Of a stretch of 64,000 nt of DNA, positions 15,001-26,011 are shown in pieces (the stretch's first letter is position 1; each line of letters starts with the position of its first letter). Source of the stretch: the human T2T-CHM13v2.0 reference genome, Homo sapiens; NCBI RefSeq assembly GCF_009914755.1, contig NC_060925.1. The stretch is one strand, 5' to 3'. The translations under genes were made by a program, and so were the position numbers. The notes under the pieces were generated by a model, which was given only the letters and a program-made list of their open reading frames with translations, did no database searches and was not told the origin of the DNA.

Positions 15001-17499
15001 CACTCCATTCCACTATTTTCCACTCCACTCCACTCCATTCCATTCCACTCTATTCCACTCCATTCCATTCCACTCGATTCCATTACACTCCTTTCTATTG
15101 CACTCCATTCAACTCCATTCCATTCCATGCCAATCCATTCCATTCCATTACACTCCAATCCCTTCCACTCCATGCCACCACATTCCATGTCATTCCACTC
15201 CAACCCATTCCCCAGCACTCCATTCAACTCCTTTCCACTCCACTCCATTCCATTCCAAACCATTCCACTCCACTCCATTACATTCCACACCACTCCACTC
15301 CACTCCACTCCATTCTACTCCACTCCACTTGATTCCATTCCACTCCACTTCATTTCAATCCACTCCACTCCATTCCCCTCCACTCCATTCCACTCCATTC
15401 CATTCCATTCCATTCTATTCCACTCCACTCCATTCCATTCTAATCCAACCTATTCCACTGCACTCCACTCCACTTCACTCCACTTCATTCCATTCCACTC
15501 CATTACATTACATTACATTCCCCTCTATTCCATTCAACTCCATTCCATTCCACTCGACTACGTTCAGTTGCAACTCCACTCCATTCAACTCCATTCAGTT
15601 TAATTCCACTCCACTCCACTCCATTCAATTCCCTTCCATTCCAATACACTCCGTTCCCTTCTATTCCACTCCACTCCATTCCATTCCATTCCATTCCACT
15701 CCATTCCATTCCACTCCACTCCAATCGATTCCATTCCTTTCCAATCCATTCCATTCCATTTCATTCCATTCCACTCCATTCCATTCGTTTCCACTCCAAT
15801 CCATTCCATTCCTTTCCATTCCATTTCATTCCACTCCATTGCATTTGACTCCAATCCATTCCATTCAACTCCCCTTCAATCCATTCCATTCCATTCCATT
15901 CCACTCCACTACATTCCATTCCACTCCATTCCACTCTGCTGCAATCCATTGCACTCCACTCCACTCTATTCCACTTCTCCCCATTCCATTGCATTCCATT
16001 CCATTCCTTTACACTCCATTCCATTCCATTCTATTCCACTCCACTCCACTCCACTCTATTCCATTCCACCTCACTCCACTCCATTCCATTCCATTTCACC
16101 TCATTGCATTGCACTCCTCTCCATTAAACTCCACTCCATTCCACTGAACTCCACTCCGCTCAACTCCGCTCCATTCAGTCCCATTCCACAGCAATCCACT
16201 CCACTCCAATGCACTCCATTCCTTTCCACTCCATTCCATTCCACTCGACTCCACTCCATTCCACTCCACTCTGCTACATTGCACTCCATTAAATTCATTT
16301 CCTCTCCATTTCATTGCACTCCACTCCAATCCATTCCATTCCACTCCATTCCACTCCTCTCCGTTCCATTCCATTCTAATCCATTCCATTCCAATCCACT
16401 CCATTCCATAGAATTCAACTCCAGTCCATTCCACTCCACTCCACTCCATTCCATTTCATTCCTTTCTATTCCACCCCATTCCATTCCATTCCATTCCCCT
16501 CCATTTCATTCCTTTCTATTCCACCCCATTCCATTACATTCCATTCCCCTCCATTTCATTCCACTGCATTCCACTCCATTCGATTCCATTCCACTACACT
16601 CCACTCCATTCCACTCAACTCCATTCCATTGCACTACACTCCATTCGGTTCCATTCCACTCCACTCCACTCCATTCCACTCAACTCCATTCCATTCAATT
16701 GCGCTACACTCCATTCCACTCCATTCCATTCAATTCCACTCCACTCCACTCCATAACACTCCATTCCATCTCACAACACTCCATTCCATTCCACTGCACT
16801 CAATTCAACTTCATGCCATTAGATTAATCTCCACGCCAATCAGCTCCACTCCACTCCATTCGATTCCACTCAACTTCATTCCATTCCTCTCCATGCCATT
16901 CCATTCCACTCCATTCCATTCCTTTCCACTTCAATCCATTCCATTCAATTCAACTCCAATCTATTCCACTACAATGCTCTCCATTCCATTCGACTTCATT
17001 CCACTCCACTCCATTCCGTTTCATTCCACTCCACTACACTCCATTCTCCTCCACTCCATTCCACTCCAATCCTTTGCACTCCACTCCATTCCACTTCACT
17101 CCACTCCAATCCACTCCACTCCATTCCAATCCTCTCCACTCCACTCCATTCCACTCCATTCGACCCCAATCCCCTCCATACCATTCCATTACAATCCATT
17201 CCACTTCACTAAAAACCATTTCATTCCAGTCCTCTCCATTCCACTCCACTCCATTCCATTCCATTCCATTAGACTCACCTCTATTCCATCCCATCCCATT
17301 CCAGTGCACTCCACTCCATTGCACTCATCTCCATTCCATTCCATTCAATTCCATTCCATTCCATTCCATTCCATTCCATTCCATTCCATTCCATTCCATT
17401 CCATTGCATTACACACTAGGCCATTCCACTGCATTCCATTCCACTCCTCTCCATTCCACTTCACTCTACACCATTCCACTCCACTCCAGTTCACTGCAC

Positions 17500-18400
17500 T
17501 CAACTCCAATCCATTCCATTCCATTGCATTGCACTCTAGGCCGTTCCACTCCATTCCCTTCCACTCCACTCCATTCCATTACTCTCCACTCCACTCCACT
17601 GCATTCTATCCCATTCCTTTCAATTCCACTCCATTCCATTTCATTACATTTCTTGCAATTCCATTCCATTCCACTCTAATCCATTCCATTACACTGCATT
17701 CCATTCCAATCCACTTCACTCTACTTCACTCCATTCATATCTATTCCTTTTCATTCAACTCCACTCCGCTCCACTCCATTCCTTTCCATTCCATTCCACT
17801 CCTCTCCATTACAGTCCATTCCACTCCATTCCACTCCATTCCATTCCACTCCTCTCCACTCCACTCCATTCCACTTCATTCCACTCCATTCCATTCCACT
17901 CCACTCCAATCCACTTCATTCCACTTCATTCCAATCCATTCCACTGCATTGCACTCCATTCCATTCCACTCCACCCCACACCATTCCATTCTATTCCATT
18001 CCATTGCATTACACTTTAGGCCATTCCACTCTATTCCCTTCCACTCCACTCCATTCCATTCCTCTCCACTCCACTCCAATCCGTTCCATCCCATTCCATT
18101 CAATTCCACTCCATTCCATTTCATTACACTTCTTTCAATTCCATTCCATTCCACTGTACTCCATTCTAATCCATTCCATCCCACTGCATTCAATTCCAAT
18201 CCACTGCACCCTATTTCACTCCATTCAAATCTATTACTTTTCATTCAACTCCCCTCCACTCCACTCCATTCCTTTCCATTCCATTCCACTCCTCTCCATT
18301 ATAGTCCATTCCACTCCATTCCACTCCACACCACTCTATTACACTCCATTCCACTCCACTCTACTCTACTCCACTAAATTCCACTTCATTCCACTCCATT
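17500..18400 (+). repeat. Diverged ~480-490 bp tandem duplication
   Basis: (C/T)TAGGCC 17536/18016; TCATTACA(T/C)TTCTT 17641/18121; CCTCTCCATTA(C/T)AGTCCATT 17801/18291. Confidence 0.75.
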
Positions 18401-19301
18401 CCACTCCATTGCTCTCCATTCCATTCCACTCCCTTCCACTACATTCCATTCCATTCCATTGCATTCCAATTCAATCGTTTCCATTGCACTCCTTTCCATT
18501 CCATTCCTTTCCATTACATTCCATTCCACTCCATTCAATTTCACTCCACTCCATTACATTCCACTACACTCCAATCCCGTCCACTCCATTCCACTCCTTT
18601 CCATTCCATTCCACGACAATCCATGCCACTCCATTCCATTCAACTCCATTCCACTCCACCCCACTTCATTTCATTCCCCACCAATGCAGTCGACTCCATT
18701 CCACTCCACTCCATTCTACTCTAATCCACTCCATTCTATTCCACTTCAATTCATTCCAATTCACTCCAATCCATTCCTCTCCAGTGCACTCTATTCGACT
18801 ACATGCCATTCCATTCCATTCCATGCCACTCCAATCCATTCCATTATCATCCAACCCTTTAAACTGCTCTCCACTCCACTTCACTCCACTCCATTCAATT
18901 CCATTCCATTCTATTGCATTCCACTCCACTATTTCAGTTCTAAATCCACTCCATTAAATTTCATTCAATTTCATTCCACTCCACTCCACTGCACTCCATT
19001 CCATTGCATTCCAATCCACTCCTTTCCATTCCATTCCATTCCATTCCACTCCATTCCATTCCACTCGGAATGATTCCATTCCATTCAATTCCATTCCATT
19101 CCATTCCAATCGATTCCATTCCATTCCATTCCACTCTGGTTGATTCCATTCTATTCCATACTATTCCATTCCATTCTATTCCATTCCATTACATTCCATT
19201 CCACTCGGGTTGATTCAATTCCATTCTGTTCCATTCTGATCCATTCCATTCCTTTCCATTCCATTCCAATCCATTCCAATCCATTCCACTCCATTCCACT
19301 C

Positions 19302-22300
19302 AGTTTGATTCAATTCCATCCTATTGCATTCCACTCCATTCCATTCCATTCCATTGCATTCCAGTATAATCCATTGCTTTTCACTCGGGTTGATTCTATT
19401 CCATTCCATGACATTCCATTCCATTCCATTCCTTTCCATTCCACTCGAGTTGAATCCATTCCATTCCATTCCATTCCATTCCATTCCACTCGGGTTGATT
19501 CCATTCCATTCCATTCAATTCCATTCCATTCAGGTTGATTGAATTCCGTTCTATTCCATTCCATTCCATTCCATTCCATTCCATTCCATTCCATTCCATT
19601 CCATTCCGTTCCACTCGGGTTGATTCCATTCCATTCCATTCAATTCCGTTCCACTCCACTCCCTTCCATTCGATTCCATTTCACTCGTGTTGTTTCCATT
19701 CCATTCCATTTCATTCCATTCCATTCCATTGCATTCCAATCTAGTTGATTCCATTCCATTCCACTACATTGAATTACATTCCATTCCCCTCGGGTTGATT
19801 CAATTCCATTCCATTCCATTCCATTCCATTCCATTCCACTTGGGTTGATTCAATTCCATTCCATTCCATTCCATTCCATTCCATTCCATTCCATTTCATT
19901 CCATTCCATTCCATTCCACTCAGGTTGATTGCATTCCATTCCATTCCATTCCATTCCATTCCATTCTTTCCATTCCATTCCATTCCGCTAGGGTTGATTA
20001 CAATCCATTCCATTCCATTCCACTCGGGTTGTTTCGATCCCAATCCATTCATTCCATTCCATTCCATTCCATTCTGTTTCACTCGGATTGATTCCATTCC
20101 ATTCCATTCAATTCAGTTCCATTCAATTCCACTCGGGTTCGTTCCATTCCATTCCATTCCATTCCAGTTGATTCAATTCCATTCCAGTTGATTCCATTCC
20201 ATTCCATTCCATTCCATTCCCTCGGGTTATTACAAACCCTTTCCATTCATTCCATTCCGATACATTCCATTCCATTCCATTCCATTCTATTCCATTGCAT
20301 TCCATTCCATTCCATTCCATTCCATTCTATTCCATTGCATTCCATTCCATTCTATTCCATTGCATTCCATTCCATTCCATTCCATTCCATTCCATTGCAT
20401 TCCATTCCATTCCATTGCATTCCATTCCATTCCATTGCATTCCATTCCATTCCATTCCATTCCATTGCATTCCATTCCATTCCCTTCCATTGCATTCCAT
20501 TCCATTCCATTCCATTCGATTCCAATCGGGTTGATTCCATTCCTTTCCATTCCATTCCATTCCATTCCATTTCATTGCATTCCATTCCATTTTTCTCGGG
20601 TTCATTCCATTCCATTTCACTCCATTCCATTCCATTCCCTTCCTCTCGTCTTGATTGCATTCAATTCCATTCCGTTCCCTTCCATTATATTCCATTCCAT
20701 TCAATTCCATTACATTCCATTCCATTCCTCTTGGGTGGATTCCATTCCATTCCATTGCATCCCATTCCATTCCATTCCATTCCATTCCATTCCATTCCAT
20801 TCCATTCCATTCCATTCCATTACATTACATTCATTTCGAATCCATTCCATTCCATTCCATTCCACTTGGGTTGATTCCATTCAATTCCATTCCATTCCAT
20901 TCCATTCCACTCGGGTTGATTCCATTCCATTCCATTCCATTCCATTGCATTCCATTGCATTGCATTCCATTCCATTCCATTCCATTGCATTCCATTGCAT
21001 TGCATTCCATTCCATTCCGCTTGGGTTGATTCCGATCCGTTGCATTGCATTCCATTCCATACCATAAACTTCCACTCGGGTTATTTCCATCCCATTCCAT
21101 TCATTCCATTCCACTACATTCCAATCCATTCCATCCCATTCCATTCCATTCCACTCGGTTAACTCCATTCCATTCCATTCCATTCCATTCCATTCCATTC
21201 CATTCCATTCCACTCAGGTTGATTCCATTCCTTTCCATTCCATTCCTTTCCATTCCATTCCTGTTGATTCCATTCCGTTCCATTCCATTCCATTCCATTC
21301 CATTCCATTCCACACGGGTTGATTGCATTCCATTCCAATCCATTCTATTCCATTCGATTCCATTCCATTCTATTCCATTAGATTACATTCCATTCCATTC
21401 TCTTCCTCTAGGGTTGTTTCCAATCCATTCCCTTCCATTCCATTCCATTCCATTCCACTACATTACATTATATTCTACTCGGGTTATTTTGATCCGAATC
21501 CATTCATCCCATTCCATTCCATTCCATTCCAATCCATTCCATTCCACTCGGGTTGATTCTATTCCATTCCATTTCTTTCCACCCCATTCCATTCCATTCC
21601 ATTCCTCTCGAGTTGATTCCATTCCATTCCATTTCATTCCATTCCATTCCATTGCACTCGGTTGATTCCTTTCTATTCCATTCCATTACATTACATTCCA
21701 TGCCATTCCATTCAATTCCATTTTATTCCATTCGTCTTGGGTTGATTCCATTCCATTCCATTCCATTCCATTCCATTCCATTCCATTCCACTCGGGTTGA
21801 TTCCACTCCTGTCCATGCCATTCCATTCCATCCCATTTTGTTCCATTCCCCTTGGGATGATCCCATTCCATTCCATTCCATTCCTTTCCATTCCACTCGG
21901 GTTGATGCCATTCCATTCCATTCCATTCCATTCCATTCCATTCCATTCCATTCCTCTTGGGTTATTTCCATCCCATTCCATTCATTCCATTCGAATACCT
22001 TCCATTCCATTGCATTCCATTCCATTCTATTCCAATCGGGATGATTCCATTCCATTCCAATCCATTCCATTGCATTCCATTCCTTTCCATTCCATTGCAT
22101 TCCATTCCATTCCATTCCAATCCATTCCATTGCATTCCATTCCTTTCCATTCCATTGCATTCCATTCCATTCCATTCCATTCCATTCCATTCCATTCCAT
22201 TCCATTCCAATCGGGTTGATTCCTTTCTATTCCATTCCATTCCATTCCATTCCATTCCATGCCATTTCATTCCATTCCATTTTATTCAATTCGTCTCTGG

Positions 22301-25300
22301 TTGATTCCATTCCATTCCATTCCATTCCATTCCATTCCATTCCATTCCATTCCATTCCACTCGGGTTGATTTCATTCCACTCCATTCCATTCCATTCCAT
22401 CCCATTCCGTTCCATTCCCCTCGGGTTGATCCCATGCCATTCCATACCATTAGATTCAATTCCACTCGGGTTGATTCCATTCCATTCCATACCATTCCAT
22501 TCCATTCCATTCCATTCCATTCCATTCCATTCCATTCCATTCCATTCCTGTTGATTCCATCCAATTCCATTCCATTCCATTCAATTCCTCTCGGGTGGAT
22601 TCCATTCCATTCCACTCCATCCCATTCCATTCCGTTCCATTCCATTCCATTCCACTCGGGTTGATTCCATTCCATTCCATTCCGTTCCATTCCATTCCAT
22701 TCCATTGCATTCCATTGCATTCCATTCCATTCCATTCCGCTCGGGTTGATTCTGATCCGTTGCATTGCATTCCATTCCATACCATAAACTTCCACTCGGG
22801 TTATTTCCATCCCATTCCATTCATTCCATTCCACTACATTCCATTCCATTCCATCCTATTCCATTCCATTCCACTCGGTTGACTCCATTCCATTCCATTC
22901 CATGCCATTCCATTCCACTCAGGTTGATTCCATTCCTTTCCATTCCATTCCAGTTGATTCCATTCCATTCCATTCCATTCCATTCCATTCCATTCCATTC
23001 CATTCCACAAGGGTTGATTCCATTCCATTCCAATCCATTCAATTCCAATCGATTCCATTCCATTCTATTCCATTAGATTCCATTCCATTCCATTCTCTTC
23101 CTCACGGGTTGTTTCCAATCCATTCCCTTCCATTCTATTCCATTCCATTCCACTACATTACATTATATTCCACTCGGGTTATTTTGATCCGAATCCATTC
23201 ATTCCATTCCATCCCATTCCATTCCATTTCAATCCATTCCATTCCATTCGGGTTGATTCCATTCCATTCCATTTCATTCCATTCCATTCCATTCCATTCC
23301 ATTGCACTCGGTTGTTTCCTTTCTATTCCATTCCATTACATTCTATTCCATGCCATTCCATTCCATTCCATTTTATTCCATTCGTCATAGGTTGATTCCA
23401 TTCCATTCCATTGCATTCCACTCCGTTCCATTCCACTCGGGTTGATTCCATTCCAGTCCATTCCATTCCATTCCATCCCATTCCGTTCCATTCCCCTCCA
23501 GTTGATCCCATTCCATTCCATTCCATTCCTTTCCATTACACTCGGGTTGATGACATTCCATTCCATTCCTTTCCATTCCATTTCATTGCATTCCTGTTGA
23601 TTCCATCCAATTCCCTTCCATTCCATTCCCTTCAATTCCCCTCAGGTTATTTCCATCCCATTCCATTCATTCCATTCCAATACTTTCCATTCCATTCCAT
23701 TCCATTCCATTCCATTCCATTCTATTCCATTCCACTCAGGTTGATTCCATTCCATTCCATTCTATTTCATTCCATTCCATTCCATTCCATTCCATTCCAT
23801 TCCATTCCATTTCATTCCATTCCATTCCATTCCATTCCATTCCATTTCATTCCATTCCATTCCATTCCATTCCATTCCATTCAAATCGGGTTGATTCCAT
23901 TCCTTTCCATTCCATTCCATTCCATTCCATTCCATTTCCCTCAGGTTCATTTCATTCCATTCCATTACATTTCATTCCTTTCCACTCCATTCCATTCCAC
24001 TTGGGTTGATTCCATTCCACTCCATTCGATTCCATTCCTTTCCATTCCATTCCATTCTTTTCCATTCCATTCCATTCCATTCCATTCCATTCCATTCCAC
24101 TCTCTTCCATTGCATTCCCTTCCACTCGGGTTGGTTCTATTCCACTCCATTCCATTCCATTCTTCTCGTCTTGATTATTTTCAATTCCATTACCTTCCAT
24201 TCCATTATATTCCAATCCATTCCAATCCATTCCTCTCGGGTGGATTCCATTCCATTCCATTGCATTCCATTCCACTCTGGTTAATTCGATTCGATTCGAT
24301 TCCATTCCCTTCCCTTCCATTCCATTCCATTCCATTCCACTCAGGTTATTTCGATCCCACTCCATTCATTCTATTTGATTCCATTCCATTCCATTCCATT
24401 CCACTCTGGTTGATTCCATTCCATTCATTTCAATTCCATTCCATTCCATTCTGTTCAATTCCACTTGGGTTTATTCCATTCTATTCCATTCCATTCAATT
24501 CCATTCCATTCCATTCCATTCCTTTCCATTGCATTCCATTCCATTCCTTTCCATTCCACTCGTGTTGATACCATTCTATTCCATTCCATTCCATTCCATG
24601 ACATTCCATTTCATTCCATTCCATTCTATTCCATTCCATTCCTCTCAGGTTTTTACCATTCCATTCCATTCCATTCCATTCCATTCCATTTGATTCCATT
24701 GCATTTCACTCAGGGTGATTCCTTTCCATTCCATTCCATTCCATTCCATTCCATACGATTCCATTACATTCCACTCTGGTTGATTCCATTCAATTCCGTT
24801 CCATTCCTTTCCATTACAGTTCCGTTGATTCCATTCCATTCCATTCCTTTCCATTCCTGTTGATTCCCTTCCATTCCATTCCATTCCATTGCATTTCGTT
24901 GCATTCAATTCCATTCCATTCTATTCCATTCCACTCGGGTTGAGTCCATTCCTTTCCATTCCATTCCATTACTTTCCATTCCACTCCATTCCAATCGTGT
25001 TGATTGCATTCCATTCCGTTCCATTCCATTCCATTCCATTCCATTCCATTCCATTCCAATCTGGTTGATTCCACTTCATTCCCTTCCGTTCAATTCCATT
25101 CCATTCCATTCCCCTCGGTTAGATTCCATTCCAATCCATTCCATTCAATTCCATTCCATTCCACTCGGGTTGATTCCATCTGATTCCATTCCATTCCATT
25201 CCTTTCATTTCCATTCCATTCACCTCGGGTGGATTCCATTCCATTCCATTCCATTCCATTCCACTCGGAATGATTCCATTCCATTAAATTCTTTTCCATT

Positions 25301-26011
25301 CCATTCCGATCGATTCCATTCCATTCTATTCCACTCTGGTTGATTCCATTCCATTCCATACCATTCCATTCCATTCCATTCCATTCCACTCCATTCCATT
25401 CCACTCGGGTTGATTCATCTCCATTCTGTTCCATTCTGATCCATTCTATTCCATTCCAAACCATTCCAATCCATTCCATTCCATTCCACACAGGTTGATT
25501 CAATTCCATTCTATTGCATTCCATTCCATTCCATTCCAATCAATTCCATTCCATTCCATTGCATTCCAGTATAATCCATTGCATTCCACTCGGGTTGATT
25601 ACATTCCGTTCCATGCCATTCCATTGCATTCCTTTCGTTTCCATTCCACTCACGTTGAATCCATTAGATTCCATTCCATTCCATTACATTACATTCCAGT
25701 CGGGTTGATTCCATTCCATTCCATTCAATTCCATTCCATTCAGGATGATTCAATTCCGTTCTATTCCATTCCATTCCATTCCATTCCATTCCATTCCATT
25801 CCATTCCATTCCGTTCCACTCGGGTTGATTCCATTCCATTCCATACCATTCCATTCTATTCCATTCCACTCCATTCCAATCCACTCGGGTTGATTCAATT
25901 CCATTCTGTTCCATTCTCATCCATTCCATTTCATTCCGTTGCATTCCATTCCATTCCATTGCATTCCATTCCATTCCAAACCATTCCAATACTTTCCACT
26001 CCATTCCACTT
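19302..26011 (+). repeat. Higher-order repeat copy 1 (~6.7 kb)
   Basis: Collinear rare markers in copies 1/2/3: AGTTTGATTCAATTCCATCCTATTGC 19302/26012/35189; CCAATCTAGTTG 19736/26451/35603; TACAAACCCT 20231/27201/36083; TGAGTCCATT 24941/34093/40667; CAGGATGATT 25741/34913/41482. Confidence 0.88.

Larger units (their letters stand above)
1..19060 (+). repeat. Degenerate CCACT-rich satellite III-like domain, (CCAYT)n
   Basis: CCACT and CCATT pentamers are mixed, e.g. ccactccattccattccactccattcc at 1. There are many point substitutions and very few G on +. I saw no CTCGGGTTG decamer before 19061. Confidence 0.9.

Noticed and set aside
19535-19547. DUX4-like site (TGATTGAATTC; also ~26261, ~35418)
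   Set aside because: It mismatches the conserved TAA end of the DUX4 consensus (TAAYYYAATCA) and occurs only once per HOR copy. Too weak to call.
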